Positions 10,080 through 21,004 of a stretch of 64,000 nucleotides of DNA are shown piece after piece. The stretch lies in the IMG/VR virus record IMGVR_UViG_3300042401_001180; one strand, written 5' to 3'. The notes under the pieces were generated by a model, which worked only from the letters and a program-made list of their open reading frames with translations, was not told where the DNA came from and ran no database searches. This stretch comes from a virus (taxonomy: Duplodnaviria; Heunggongvirae; Uroviricota; Caudoviricetes). The position numbers and the translations under genes were made by a program. Within the stretch, counting starts at the first letter, position 1. Each line of letters starts with the position of its first letter.

Positions 10080-10823
10080 ATGAAATCATACAAATTCTCA
10101 ACTAAAGAACGTGCAGAAAGGGTTGCTAAAACATTAGGATGTACGGGCACACACTACCACAACGAAGATGGAGATAGAAAATATATGCCATGTAAGTCGC
10201 ACGAAATATTTAAAACAAAAACAAAAAAAGAAACTAAAGGTAAAGAAGAAGAAGTAACAGAACTTGTCGATGCTGATGGTACATGGATGTCATCAAGTAT
10301 TCCAATATTAGATCCAGCATCAAGTATGCAAGGTTCAACAACAATGGATAAAATTATTGGTATGGCTAGAAACCCAAGAGATGTGTTTTTAAGGGGTAGA
10401 CATTACGGTGAGAGTAAATTAGCTGAGGAGGATATGGGTGACGCATTTGGATTTGAAGATACTATGTTTTTAAACTACGATGAAACTGTAGAATACTTTC
10501 AAAAAAAATTAGGATTAGAAAAAGAGGCATCAATTGAAAGAACCGTACAACAAGGTAAAAAACCAAACTTAATTAAAAGAGCCCCTAAAAAAATTAAAAA
10601 TAAGAAGAACTTTATTGATAGATTAATTTTAAAAGAAAAGGGTATTGATGAGAATGAAGACATAATTGAGGATAAATTATTAACAAATAAAGATAATGAA
10701 GCGGAACTTAATGATGAAATGTCAAATATTTTAAAAAAGAATGTTTCTTCATTAAAAAGTATGGCAAAAAAACAAGGTATGTCAATAAACCAACTAATTA
10801 AGTTAATTCAAGATGAACAGTGA
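10080..10823 (+). CDS. Hypothetical protein with N-terminal C/H cluster (DUF3721-like)
   Basis: AERVAKTLGCTGTHYH...YMPCKSH. Confidence 0.65.
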   Translation: MKSYKFSTKERAERVAKTLGCTGTHYHNEDGDRKYMPCKSHEIFKTKTKKETKGKEEEVTELVDADGTWMSSSIPILDPASSMQGSTTMDKIIGMARNPRDVFLRGRHYGESKLAEEDMGDAFGFEDTMFLNYDETVEYFQKKLGLEKEASIERTVQQGKKPNLIKRAPKKIKNKKNFIDRLILKEKGIDENEDIIEDKLLTNKDNEAELNDEMSNILKKNVSSLKSMAKKQGMSINQLIKLIQDEQ

Positions 10824-11265
10824 TTTATATAATAATACTGCGGTTTTACCTGACACATTATTAAAACATTTAGGTGATTGTTTTAATTCAGTACAGGCGG
10901 ACACAAATATTGAGGGGTATAATAGAAATCAAGAATTAAGACAAAGTAAAAACGCAACATATCAGCAAATTAAAAGAATAAAGAGTTGGTTTGATGGGTA
11001 TGGTGGTAATAAAGAAGACGCTCCATTTATATTAAACGGTGGTGATAGAATGAAAAATTGGTGTGACGAGGTATTAAATGTTTGGAGATCAAATGTTGAG
11101 GGAGGCAAAAAAATAAAAAGTGATACGGGTATGCAAAACCAATACATTGATAACCACGAAAAAAATAGTTTTAATTTAAATGATAAACACTCATCTACGG
11201 TAGATGATTTATCGGTTAACGAGGAACTAAAAAAAATAAATAAACTAATGAAAAAAATAATATAA
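10813..11265 (+). CDS. Conserved phage hypothetical protein
   Basis: 150-aa ORF overlapping its neighbours; contains IKRIKSWF..LNGG..W. Confidence 0.75.
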   Translation: MNSDLYNNTAVLPDTLLKHLGDCFNSVQADTNIEGYNRNQELRQSKNATYQQIKRIKSWFDGYGGNKEDAPFILNGGDRMKNWCDEVLNVWRSNVEGGKKIKSDTGMQNQYIDNHEKNSFNLNDKHSSTVDDLSVNEELKKINKLMKKII

Positions 11266-11555
11266 TGCCAATAGAATCAGACAAATTAGATTTCAGTCAA
11301 CCTGATAATAAATTATCACAAATAGCTGAAGAACAAAGAAAAAAAATGTTTGCAAGAAACGACTTCAAAGATGAGAATCAATACTCGACAGTTCATCCTG
11401 ACGCGTTGGCAACGGGAGATAAAATGGGAAGAGGTACTGGCGATCTTGATATACATAATCAAAAGGTGGGAACGTCTACAGATATTTTTGAAAGAAAGGA
11501 CGATTTAAAAATAAATAAATATTCAACAAATAACCCATACTATTTAGTTAAATGA
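11265..11555 (+). CDS. Hypothetical protein
   Basis: 96-aa ORF coupled to the previous gene by TAATG. Confidence 0.75.
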   Translation: MPIESDKLDFSQPDNKLSQIAEEQRKKMFARNDFKDENQYSTVHPDALATGDKMGRGTGDLDIHNQKVGTSTDIFERKDDLKINKYSTNNPYYLVK

Positions 11556-11953
11556 AACTCTTAAAAAGTTTAAAAAATATTATTTCTGAGGCGGCTTCAA
11601 TATCTGATATTCAAGACTCCATTAAAAATAAAAAAGTGGTAATAATCTATTATGATGGTGATGACAATGGGGGTAAGGGATATAGAACAATAGAGCCTGT
11701 TTGTTTTGGGCTTAGTAAAAAAGGTAATCAAGTTCTAAGGGCTTGGGAAACTGAAGGGGCTTCTTGGTCAGAAAAAAATGAAGGTAATTATTTACCGGGT
11801 TGGAGATTTTTTAGGACCGATAAAATCTTTACTTACAAACCTACCCTTGATAACTTTAGTGAGGTTAGACCTAATTATAACCCAAATGGTGATAGGTCAA
11901 TGGAAAGAGTATTCATAAACGCAAACTTTAACGACGAAGAAAATATAACATAA
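11552..11953 (+). CDS. Stand-alone WYL-domain protein
   Basis: VIIYY...RTIEPVCFG...VLRAW...WRFFRTDKI matches the WYL pattern; no HTH domain. Confidence 0.75.
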   Translation: MKLLKSLKNIISEAASISDIQDSIKNKKVVIIYYDGDDNGGKGYRTIEPVCFGLSKKGNQVLRAWETEGASWSEKNEGNYLPGWRFFRTDKIFTYKPTLDNFSEVRPNYNPNGDRSMERVFINANFNDEENIT

Positions 11954-11954
11954 T

Positions 11955-12593
11955 ATGGGATCACAAGAAGAATTAATGCAAAGACTTGCAGTATCAAAAA
12001 AAATTATGGAGAAATCCGAACAAATAAAAAATGGAAATGCCAGAAAAATAAATACACCTATGATTGAGGAGTTTAATCCCGTTCAAGCCACGTATAATTT
12101 ACCACAGGAATTTATTTCAGAACAACCACAACAAAAACAGTATCACGATCCAACAAAACCGTTGGATGAGAATAGAATTGCTAACTCAAAACTACCTGAT
12201 GAGATTAAAAGACTAATGATAGAACAACCAATAATCCAACCTAACTCTGTCGGTGGTGGTGTTGAAATTTCCGATGAGGTAATACAAGGAGCGCAAAGAT
12301 TAATGAATATGGGTAAAACTAAAATATCTGATTTCCCAAATAAAAATGTATCTGAAAATATTAGTGTTACTGACACAAAATCAAATCATAATACAACCAA
12401 CATTAACATAAACGAAATGAAGTCCATGATTAGGGATGTTGTTAGAGATACCGTTAGAGATGTTGTCAGAGAAGAATTAAAAGAATCGGGAATGTTAGTT
12501 GAGTCTACAACTAATAGTAATGAGGTTATACAATTTAAAGTGGGTAACCATATTTTTATTGGTAAGGTAACTAAAGTCAAAAAAATACAATAA
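11955..12593 (+). CDS. Hypothetical protein
   Basis: 212-aa ORF with a repeated helix IRDVVRDTVRDVVREELKES. Confidence 0.8.
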   Translation: MGSQEELMQRLAVSKKIMEKSEQIKNGNARKINTPMIEEFNPVQATYNLPQEFISEQPQQKQYHDPTKPLDENRIANSKLPDEIKRLMIEQPIIQPNSVGGGVEISDEVIQGAQRLMNMGKTKISDFPNKNVSENISVTDTKSNHNTTNININEMKSMIRDVVRDTVRDVVREELKESGMLVESTTNSNEVIQFKVGNHIFIGKVTKVKKIQ

Positions 12594-12610
12594 TTTTATT
12601 TTCAAATAGT

Positions 12611-12639
12611 AAAATCCACCTAATTTGGGTGGATTTTTT
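12611..12639 (+). terminator. Intrinsic terminator
   Basis: Hairpin AAAATCCACC...GGTGGATTTTTT after the 12593 stop. Confidence 0.85.
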
Positions 12640-12674
12640 GTTTTATATCTACTATATTTTATTAAAAGTTTTAT

Positions 12675-13889
12675 ATGAACAAAATTAAAGTATTAGTATT
12701 ACCATCCGATAGAACAGGTGTTGGAAAATTTAGAAGTATCGACCCACACGTTTGTTTACAAAATAACCATTCAGATGAATTTCATGTGGATATAGAATAT
12801 GAACCAAAAGTGGATGACATAAATTATTGGAAACAATATCAAATTGTACATTTTCATAGAAGTATTGGGCAAGATTATGATAAATCTGTTAATCTAATCC
12901 AAACACTAAATAGTATTGGTATTATTACTATAATGGACCTTGACGACTATTGGTTACCAACAAAGGAACATCCCGTACATCAATTGATTGTTCAAAACAA
13001 TATACATAAAAAAATTATTGAAAACTTAAAAGTTGCGTCGTATGTAACCACAACTACAACAGTTTTTGCTAACGAAATGATGAAGTTTAATAAGAACGTT
13101 TTTGTTTTACCAAACGCAATTAACCCAAATGAACCTCAATTTAAATACGAGACATCACCTTCAGATAAGTTACGTTTTGGATGGTTAGGAGGATCTTCAC
13201 ATTTACACGATTTAAAACTATTAGACGGGACAATCTCCAAACTAAGTACACACAAAGATAAATTTAGTATGTATCTTTGTGGTTTTGATACTAGAGGTAC
13301 GGTAACAGAAATAAATCAACAAACAGGAGAACAAAAACAAAGAGATATAAAACCTGAAGAAACGGTTTGGGCAAGATATGAAGAGATATTCACAAATAAA
13401 TATGGAATGGTTGACCCAAAACATAAAGAATTTCTTATGAAATTTAAAGAAGAAGAATATATTTCAAACACTTTACCATTTTATAATCGTGTTTGGACAA
13501 AACCTGTTACAAGTTACGCATCAAATTATAGATTATTTGATGTTTCTTTAGCACCAATTAAAAACCATATCTTTAATAAAGTTAAGTCACAATTAAAAGT
13601 TATTGAGGCAGGATTTTATAAAAAGGCTATAATTGCGTCTAATATTGGACCATATACTATCGATTTAAAACACTCATTAAAAAATGGTGAATTTACTGAT
13701 GGTAACGCACTTTTAGTTGATGAAGCAAGAAACCACAGTGATTGGGCAAAATATATGAAAAAACTAATCGATAACCCTAATTTTGCATATGACTTAGGAC
13801 AAAGATTATATGAGACAGTGAAAGACACGTACGATTTAAATAAAGTGACTGCCGATAGGGCGAGTCTATATAAATCCTTAATAAAATGA
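12675..13889 (+). CDS. GT-B (GT4-like) glycosyltransferase
   Basis: Motifs DLDDYW, LPNAI, GWLGGSSH..DL, FN..KSQLKVIEAG and IIASNIGPY. Confidence 0.85.
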   Translation: MNKIKVLVLPSDRTGVGKFRSIDPHVCLQNNHSDEFHVDIEYEPKVDDINYWKQYQIVHFHRSIGQDYDKSVNLIQTLNSIGIITIMDLDDYWLPTKEHPVHQLIVQNNIHKKIIENLKVASYVTTTTTVFANEMMKFNKNVFVLPNAINPNEPQFKYETSPSDKLRFGWLGGSSHLHDLKLLDGTISKLSTHKDKFSMYLCGFDTRGTVTEINQQTGEQKQRDIKPEETVWARYEEIFTNKYGMVDPKHKEFLMKFKEEEYISNTLPFYNRVWTKPVTSYASNYRLFDVSLAPIKNHIFNKVKSQLKVIEAGFYKKAIIASNIGPYTIDLKHSLKNGEFTDGNALLVDEARNHSDWAKYMKKLIDNPNFAYDLGQRLYETVKDTYDLNKVTADRASLYKSLIK

Positions 13890-14617
13890 TAAACATACCC
13901 ATTACAAAAATTTTATTCCTTGACATTGAAACTGTCGGGGGATGTCCTGATTATGAATCTTGCCAAAAGTTTAGTCCTGAAATTGCCAATCAGTATGTTA
14001 AATATTATGATTGGTTTAAAAAAAGATTTCCTGAGGACCACATTGAGTCACCAAGAACAAAAATAGAATCCGAGAAAAGAATGCATGAAGTTTTTATAAA
14101 ACGAGCAGCATTAGTTCCTGAATTTGCAAAAATTGTTTGTGTTTCTATGGCGTTTGTTATGGATAACGGTGAAGTTAAAAAACAAACATTTTCAGGAGAC
14201 GACGAAAAAGAATTACTAATACAAGTAAGAAATCTTTTAGATAGATGCCATAAATTAGATTTCTATTTATGTGGACACAACCTTAAGAATTTTGATATCC
14301 CTATGTTGGCAAAAAGAATGATAATAAACGGAATTTTACCGTCTAAGTTATTACCATCTTACGACACGAAGCCTTGGGAGGTGAAAGCCATTGATACAAA
14401 AGAAATTTGGCAATACGGTTCTTACACGTCAATAGGTTCCTTAGATTTGGTTTGCTCCACAATGGGAATACCAACACCAAAAGACGGAGAAATAACAGGA
14501 GATAAGGTACATCACGCGTATTGGGTTGAACAAAAATTACCTCAGATTGCTGAGTATTGTGAAAAAGATGTTGATGTGTTAGTTGAATTTATAAAACAAT
14601 TAAAAGATTTAAAATAA
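13886..14617 (+). CDS. PolB-related DEDD 3'-5' exonuclease
   Basis: Motifs LDIET, GHNLKNFDIP and YCEKDV. Confidence 0.88.
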   Translation: MINIPITKILFLDIETVGGCPDYESCQKFSPEIANQYVKYYDWFKKRFPEDHIESPRTKIESEKRMHEVFIKRAALVPEFAKIVCVSMAFVMDNGEVKKQTFSGDDEKELLIQVRNLLDRCHKLDFYLCGHNLKNFDIPMLAKRMIINGILPSKLLPSYDTKPWEVKAIDTKEIWQYGSYTSIGSLDLVCSTMGIPTPKDGEITGDKVHHAYWVEQKLPQIAEYCEKDVDVLVEFIKQLKDLK

Positions 14618-15228
14618 TGTTTGGAAAATTAAAAGAAATGAAAGAACAGATGGACATGTTAAATAGTCTTCAATCTACTGTTGGTGAAGTTGATATGTCA
14701 AATCCTGAATCCATGTTAGAATCAATGGGAATTAATGTGGAGGACATTGAAAACCATTTTAATCAAATTAATTTTAATGGGGAATTTGAAAAAATACCTT
14801 TAAATTTTATTAATGATTCTGAAAATAGTGATCCTGAGTATGCTTACGAATCCGATTCGGGATTTGATTTAAGATCAACAGAAGATATTTGGGTACAGGC
14901 AAATGATAGAAAACTAATACCTACAGGACTTAGATTTGACATCCCTTTAGGTTATGAGATACAAGTAAGATCTAAAAGTGGGTTGGCTCTAAATCAAGGA
15001 TTAATGGTTTTAAATTCTCCAGGTACAGTAGATAGTGGGTATCAGGGAGAAATAAAAGTAATCATATTTAATACCACTAAAGATAGGATTAAAATAGAAA
15101 AAGGACAAAAAATTGCACAAGCGGTTTTATGTCCCGTTTTAAACGGTAAATGGGTTGATTTAGTTAAAGTGGAATCTATACAAGAAAAAGATAGAAATGA
15201 TAAAGGTTTTGGATCAACTGGTTTATGA
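14617..15228 (+). CDS. dut: Trimeric dUTPase with N-terminal extension
   Basis: Motifs SGFDL, RSKSGLA, GTVDSGYQGE, KIAQ and R..KGFGSTG. Confidence 0.93.
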   Translation: MFGKLKEMKEQMDMLNSLQSTVGEVDMSNPESMLESMGINVEDIENHFNQINFNGEFEKIPLNFINDSENSDPEYAYESDSGFDLRSTEDIWVQANDRKLIPTGLRFDIPLGYEIQVRSKSGLALNQGLMVLNSPGTVDSGYQGEIKVIIFNTTKDRIKIEKGQKIAQAVLCPVLNGKWVDLVKVESIQEKDRNDKGFGSTGL

Positions 15229-16691
15229 TAACAATAGGATTTTCAACTAGACAAGATAATCAAAAATATGTTGATTATCTTAAAAAAACTTCAGGATTAA
15301 AAGATGTTGAGGTAATACAAAAAATTAATAATGGGGATAAAAGCCTATCTCAAGTTTATAATGATATATTAACTGAATCTAAATACGATACAGTCGTATT
15401 ATGTCACGATGATATTGAATTTGATACTCGGCCGTGGGGTAAACGAATTATAAAACATTTTACAAATACCGACTTTGGGATACTTGGGGTTGCCGGTACC
15501 ACTGATATGCCTGAAAGTGGTATGTGGTGGGAAGACAAAAGAAAGATGATAGGAATCGTTAACCATAAACATGAAGGTAAAAAATGGGAATCAAAATATT
15601 CTAAGAGTTGGGGGGACGACGTAACCCAATCCTGTCTTGTTGATGGTTTATTCATAGCTATAAATAAAAAATTAATCTCTGAAAATTTTGATGAGTCCGT
15701 GAATGGATTTCATTTTTATGACATACAATTTTGTATTAATAACTTTTTAAAGGGGGTTAAAATTGGGGTAATATATAATATAAGGTTGACACATTTATCT
15801 ATTGGTCAAACAAATGAAAAATGGGAAGAAAATAGATTAATTTTTTCGGAAAAATTTAAACAACATTTACCCATTAAATCTAACATTAATTTAGATTATA
15901 ACCAGAGTAAGGAATTCAAACATATAAAAAAATATAATCTAAGGATAGTAATTAATAGTGGAAAAAATATACAGTGGGTTAAAGATATTATAACCAAAAT
16001 AGAATCATTCAACATACCAAACTACAAAATAAACTTAATTAGTAATGAAGAAATTAGTGAGGATATTAAAAAATTAAGTAACGATAATATTATCATATAT
16101 GATGGGTTTTTTGATGAGTTATCTAAAAACCTATCAATTTTAAAATGGGGAGATGGGTTTATAGAAAAAGAGGATACGTTAATATTTTTTATAGATAAGG
16201 ACGTTAAAATACTTAACAACGTATTTTCTTCTGTTTGTAAATTACATCACACAGAAAAAAGTAATTTCGGGTGTGCGTTTCCAGCAACATTAAATGATGA
16301 TATGACAATATTATCAACAGAGTTTAATTTATTTAAAAATAAAGAAAATCAGTTTAATTTATTATTAAAAGATAACGGATCGTATTATAATTTAATAAGT
16401 GGACATAAATCAAATAAAATGGGTAACCTATCCGACGTATTTGTTACCACTTATAATAATTTAGTGAATAACGATTGGTTTGATATACAATACGAAACAA
16501 ATTTAACGTTTAATGACTTCGCATTAAAGTGTGTGTCTAAAAACCAAAAATGTTTTATCGATGCTGACAGTATATCAACTCAAAACACTTTTAGTAATAG
16601 TGAAACACTAAATCAGGATATGAACAAATTTGTTCAGACATTAATGTCTAACCAAAAATATCAATCTTTAATACAAACAATAGATGGTTAA
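15225..16691 (+). CDS. GT-A (GT2-like) glycosyltransferase with two domains
   Basis: Motifs LCHDD, GILGVAG, VDGLFIA and FDE..GFHFYD, followed by a degenerate second GT-A-like half. Confidence 0.8.
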   Translation: MITIGFSTRQDNQKYVDYLKKTSGLKDVEVIQKINNGDKSLSQVYNDILTESKYDTVVLCHDDIEFDTRPWGKRIIKHFTNTDFGILGVAGTTDMPESGMWWEDKRKMIGIVNHKHEGKKWESKYSKSWGDDVTQSCLVDGLFIAINKKLISENFDESVNGFHFYDIQFCINNFLKGVKIGVIYNIRLTHLSIGQTNEKWEENRLIFSEKFKQHLPIKSNINLDYNQSKEFKHIKKYNLRIVINSGKNIQWVKDIITKIESFNIPNYKINLISNEEISEDIKKLSNDNIIIYDGFFDELSKNLSILKWGDGFIEKEDTLIFFIDKDVKILNNVFSSVCKLHHTEKSNFGCAFPATLNDDMTILSTEFNLFKNKENQFNLLLKDNGSYYNLISGHKSNKMGNLSDVFVTTYNNLVNNDWFDIQYETNLTFNDFALKCVSKNQKCFIDADSISTQNTFSNSETLNQDMNKFVQTLMSNQKYQSLIQTIDG

Positions 16692-17466
16692 AATAGTTTC
16701 AGGTTATTCAGATAAGGGAGGATCAACAACGGCATTTATCAACTTAACTAATTTTTTCAATGAAAATGGAATTGAGTGTACTTTTTATGGTCCACATGAA
16801 TGGCATTTGAATAAGTGTAAATCAGGACTACTAAAAGATGTTATATATGATAAGGAAGATAATGTTATATTCCATTTTTTAGATTTAAAGGAAAGACCGA
16901 ATATAAAAAAATCAATATTATCTTGTCATGAAAAATGGTGGTTCCCTGTTGGAAAAATTAAACAGTATTGGGACGAAGTTGTGTTTTTACATAACCAACA
17001 TAGAGAATATCATGGGGATTATAATGGGAAATTTGTTATTATACCAAACCTAAAAGAGGATTTAAAACTTTCAGATAAAACATTAGTTTCTAATGTTGCT
17101 GGAATTATTGGTACAATAGAAGAAAGAAAACAAACCCACGTATCAATACAAAGAGCACTAAAAGATAAATGTGAAAAAATTTATTTATTTGGTCATATTG
17201 GGGATGAAAAATACTTTAATAGTTATGTTAAACCCTTATTATTACCTAAAGTAATACAATACGGGCACACAACTAATAAACAAGAAATGTATGATATGAT
17301 CGGTAAGGTATATCACTCATCTAAAGGTGAGGTTGCTTGTTTAGTAAAAGACGAATGTTATTTGACAAATACAGAATTTTATGGTAATGAAGAAACAGAA
17401 AATGAAGTTTCTAAATTAACAAATGATGAGGTATTAAATTTATGGAAAAATTTGTTTGAATTATGA
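16684..17466 (+). CDS. Putative GT-B glycosyltransferase
   Basis: GG.TTAFINL start, IIPN and YHSSKGE...E motifs; lies in the GT cluster. Confidence 0.65.
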   Translation: MVKIVSGYSDKGGSTTAFINLTNFFNENGIECTFYGPHEWHLNKCKSGLLKDVIYDKEDNVIFHFLDLKERPNIKKSILSCHEKWWFPVGKIKQYWDEVVFLHNQHREYHGDYNGKFVIIPNLKEDLKLSDKTLVSNVAGIIGTIEERKQTHVSIQRALKDKCEKIYLFGHIGDEKYFNSYVKPLLLPKVIQYGHTTNKQEMYDMIGKVYHSSKGEVACLVKDECYLTNTEFYGNEETENEVSKLTNDEVLNLWKNLFEL

Positions 17467-18008
17467 AAAAAATATTTATAGACGGGGGGGCGAGAATTGG
17501 GGAGTCAATTGATGTACTATTAGAAACAAGAAAAGATTTAATCGGATGTGATGTGTATCTTTTTGAATGTAACCCATCCCACATTGAAACATTAAATGAT
17601 ATTTCAAACAATAATAAAAAATACAATTTTATCGTGAAGAATGAGGCGATATGGGTAGAAGAAACTAATAAAGATTTTTTTATATCTATTGATTATTGGG
17701 GGGATTTGGGTTGTACTCTATTACCTGAAAAAACAGAAAAATTAGATAGGGAAAATCCGGTAAATGTAAAATGTATAGATTTTGCCAACTTTATAAATTC
17801 TTTTATGGATGATGATTATTTAGTGGTTAAACTTGATATTGAGGGAGCTGAGTATGACGTGTTAAATCACTTAATTAACACTAACTCAATTACTAAAATA
17901 AATGAACTTTATGTTGAGTTCCACGATCATTTCTTTAACAGAAACTCTGAAAACATAAAAAATAGATTATCAAACTATAATATTAAATGTAATTTTGAAT
18001 GGATGTAA
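17463..18008 (+). CDS. FkbM-family SAM methyltransferase
   Basis: Motifs IDGGARIG, FECNP, KLDIEGAEY and VEFH. Confidence 0.88.
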   Translation: MKKIFIDGGARIGESIDVLLETRKDLIGCDVYLFECNPSHIETLNDISNNNKKYNFIVKNEAIWVEETNKDFFISIDYWGDLGCTLLPEKTEKLDRENPVNVKCIDFANFINSFMDDDYLVVKLDIEGAEYDVLNHLINTNSITKINELYVEFHDHFFNRNSENIKNRLSNYNIKCNFEWM

Positions 18009-18010
18009 AT

Positions 18011-18733
18011 ATGAAGATACACGCACACATATTATCATGGAATGAAGAAAAAATACTTCCATTTACTCTTGATTATTATTCTACATTTTGTGAAGAGATT
18101 TATATACACGATAATATGTCCACAGATTCATCTGATGAGATATATAAAAAGTACCCAAAAGTGAAGGTATTAAAATGGGATAGTGATAATCAGATAAATG
18201 AAATGAATTATATAAATTTAAAAAATAACGAATATAAAAAACACAGTAGAGATAAAGGTGTTGATTGGGTTATTGTTTGTGATTGCGATGAATTTTTATA
18301 TCATCCTAATTTAATGGATATTCTACAAGATTATAAGGAAAATGGTATTACAGTACCAAGAGTTTGTGGACACGACATGGTAAGTGAAAACTTTCCAAAT
18401 TATGACGGTAAATTAATCACAGAAAAGATAAAAGTAGGATCAGAAAGGTATCAACCTATGTGTAAGAACATCATATTTAATCCTAATGTAGATGTTAGTT
18501 TCGGTGTTGGTGCACATAGTTTTTCATCCACTAATGGTGTATTTTCTGAAAACGAAGATTTAAAATTATTACACTATAAATTTTTGGGTAAGAACTACGT
18601 TAAAAAACTATACGTGGATAGGGCTAAAAGACTGTCGACTTTTAATAAACAAAATAAGTTTGGGGAACATTACTTTAATTTACCTTTTAAATATATGGAT
18701 GAAGTGTTAAGTAAAAAACAAGAAGTCATATGA
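18011..18733 (+). CDS. GT-A (GT2-like) glycosyltransferase
   Basis: Motifs WNEE..LP...YY, DNMSTD, CDCDEF and LLHYK. Confidence 0.82.
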   Translation: MKIHAHILSWNEEKILPFTLDYYSTFCEEIYIHDNMSTDSSDEIYKKYPKVKVLKWDSDNQINEMNYINLKNNEYKKHSRDKGVDWVIVCDCDEFLYHPNLMDILQDYKENGITVPRVCGHDMVSENFPNYDGKLITEKIKVGSERYQPMCKNIIFNPNVDVSFGVGAHSFSSTNGVFSENEDLKLLHYKFLGKNYVKKLYVDRAKRLSTFNKQNKFGEHYFNLPFKYMDEVLSKKQEVI

Positions 18734-19557
18734 GAAAAATATTAATTTCAGATTTTACAACAAAAGAAGCGCCTCATGGCGGATCAGAATGGGTAAATCA
18801 AGTTTTAATTGAACAATTAGGGTTAGAATTTGAGCATTCACAAAACGTACAATCATTTGATTCAAATACTTTTTATATCATATCTAATATATCATTAATG
18901 AATCCGTCGTTGGTTCGTCAAATCCCTAATTTAAATTATATAATAATAGAAAACGATTATAAAATTTGTCCGTCAAGACATCCTTGGCGTTACCCTGATA
19001 ACATCATACCATTAAGTGATAGAATCAATTACGACTTATATAGTAATGCGAAAGCGGTTTTTGTTCAAACTACAGACCACATGAATGTTTATTTAAAAAA
19101 TGATGTTAAAGCTAATTTTATAAATTTAGAATGTTCAATATGGTCAGATTCGGATATTAAATTATTAAACGAGTTATCAGAAAAAAATAAAATAAAAAAC
19201 GGTAAATACGGAATCTATTACACAAATAACTGGATTAAAAACACACAAGGTAATTTAAAATATTGTAGTGAAAATAAATTACCATTTTCAGTCATTAAAG
19301 AAAGTAATAATAGAGTTGAGTTTTTAGAATCATTATCAAAATGTGAGGGAATCGTTTTTTACCCTTTAGCTAGAGAAACGTTTTGTAGGTTAGTTGTAGA
19401 GGCTAAATGTATGGGACTTAAAGTAATAACTTCAAAAAATTATGGAGCATCTTTAGAGTCATGGTTTGATGAATTATCAGGAAAAGAATTAATAAATTTT
19501 CTTAAAATTAAAACAGAAGAAAATATAAATAAAATAAAAAATTATATAAAATTATGA
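18730..19557 (+). CDS. Putative GT-B glycosyltransferase
   Basis: N-terminal GGSE and ETFCRLVVEAKCMG (E-x7-E). Confidence 0.72.
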   Translation: MRKILISDFTTKEAPHGGSEWVNQVLIEQLGLEFEHSQNVQSFDSNTFYIISNISLMNPSLVRQIPNLNYIIIENDYKICPSRHPWRYPDNIIPLSDRINYDLYSNAKAVFVQTTDHMNVYLKNDVKANFINLECSIWSDSDIKLLNELSEKNKIKNGKYGIYYTNNWIKNTQGNLKYCSENKLPFSVIKESNNRVEFLESLSKCEGIVFYPLARETFCRLVVEAKCMGLKVITSKNYGASLESWFDELSGKELINFLKIKTEENINKIKNYIKL

Positions 19558-20168
19558 TTTTAAACGATTTATCCGAAAATATTTACGTAATTAACTTACC
19601 TGAAAGAATGGATAGGAAAACCCATATTGTCAATCAATTATCAAACGTTGGTTGTGTTGATTATATTATTTTTCCCGGAGTTAACGGTAATGTAGAGAAT
19701 AACCCGACAAGACTTAAAAATGGTATGTATGGATTAATAAAAACTTATTTAAACATTTATGAAGAATGGAAAAATAAAAAAACAGGTACAATAACCATAA
19801 TTGAAGATGACTGTGTATTTGTTGATGGATTTAATGATAAGTCAATAATCTTTTATGAAAACGTGCCGAGTGATTGGGAAATGTTGTATTTTGGTGCGAA
19901 CCATAATGGAGAAACGACTAAAAAAATAAATGAAAATTGTATAAAGTTAAGTTATTCATTTACTGCTCATTGTGTAATTCTAAAAGACTATGTTTTTGAA
20001 CATTTAATTTCACAAATAAAAAATTTTACAATTGAAAATGATGTGGTTATGGCTAATTTTCAACAACAATATAACGCTTATTGCTCAATAGATGCGTTAG
20101 CCACCCAAATTCCAAATTTTTCAAATATAGAAAATTGTTTTGTAAACTATGAACGTTGGATAAAATAA
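19554..20168 (+). CDS. GT25-family glycosyltransferase
   Basis: Motifs YVINLPERMDR, IEDD and DWEMLYFG. Confidence 0.85.
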   Translation: MILNDLSENIYVINLPERMDRKTHIVNQLSNVGCVDYIIFPGVNGNVENNPTRLKNGMYGLIKTYLNIYEEWKNKKTGTITIIEDDCVFVDGFNDKSIIFYENVPSDWEMLYFGANHNGETTKKINENCIKLSYSFTAHCVILKDYVFEHLISQIKNFTIENDVVMANFQQQYNAYCSIDALATQIPNFSNIENCFVNYERWIK

Positions 20169-20170
20169 TT

Positions 20171-21004
20171 ATGGTTAATTTTATATCTACCGCATATATT
20201 ATGGGTGGACTTGGTAATCAAATGTTCCAAGTGGCTCACGCGGTATGTCAAGGATTTAAAAATAAAAAACCGTCTGTTTTTGAACCAATTACTTTCACAC
20301 CTATGGGGCAATCAAAACCAATTACAAACTATATGGATAATATTTTTAGAAATATTTCATTTACTGACAATATAAAAGACAAAAAAAATGTTTATGAGCA
20401 GACTTGGAATGAACCTAAACTTAATTTTTTATGGGATAATAATATAGAGTTTTACGGGTACTTCCAAAGTAGCAAAAACTTTTTTGGGTATGATAAAGAA
20501 ATGCAAATTCTTTTTGAACCTACAGAACAATTTATACAATATATAAATAATAAATTTGAAGATTTAAAAAATAAAAGGACAACATCAATACACATCAGAA
20601 GGGGGGATTACTTAACAATCAACAACATATTACCTACATTACACATATCTTATTTTAAAAAGTGTATAGATGAATTAGAAAAAGATACTGATATTTTTTT
20701 TGTTTTTAGTGACGATATGGAATGGGTAAAAAATAACATAAAACATGAAAAAATTATTTATGTAAATAACAATAAAGATTATGAAGATTTATGGATGATA
20801 AGTTTGTGTAATAACAATATAATGTCAAACTCATCTTTTTCTTGGTGGGGTTCATTTTTAAACAAAAATAAAAATAAAAGAGTGTTATGTCCAAATATTT
20901 GGTTTGGACCAAACGGACCAAACCCTTATGATAATGTTTACGTTGGTGATTGGATTAAAATAAAAGTTAAATATGAAAATGGGGAATTAAAATATGAAGA
21001 ATAA
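20171..21004 (+). CDS. GT11 alpha-1,2-fucosyl/colitosyltransferase
   Basis: Motifs GGLGNQMFQ, GYFQS, HIRRGDY, FSDD and NSSFSWW. Confidence 0.92.
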   Translation: MVNFISTAYIMGGLGNQMFQVAHAVCQGFKNKKPSVFEPITFTPMGQSKPITNYMDNIFRNISFTDNIKDKKNVYEQTWNEPKLNFLWDNNIEFYGYFQSSKNFFGYDKEMQILFEPTEQFIQYINNKFEDLKNKRTTSIHIRRGDYLTINNILPTLHISYFKKCIDELEKDTDIFFVFSDDMEWVKNNIKHEKIIYVNNNKDYEDLWMISLCNNNIMSNSSFSWWGSFLNKNKNKRVLCPNIWFGPNGPNPYDNVYVGDWIKIKVKYENGELKYEE

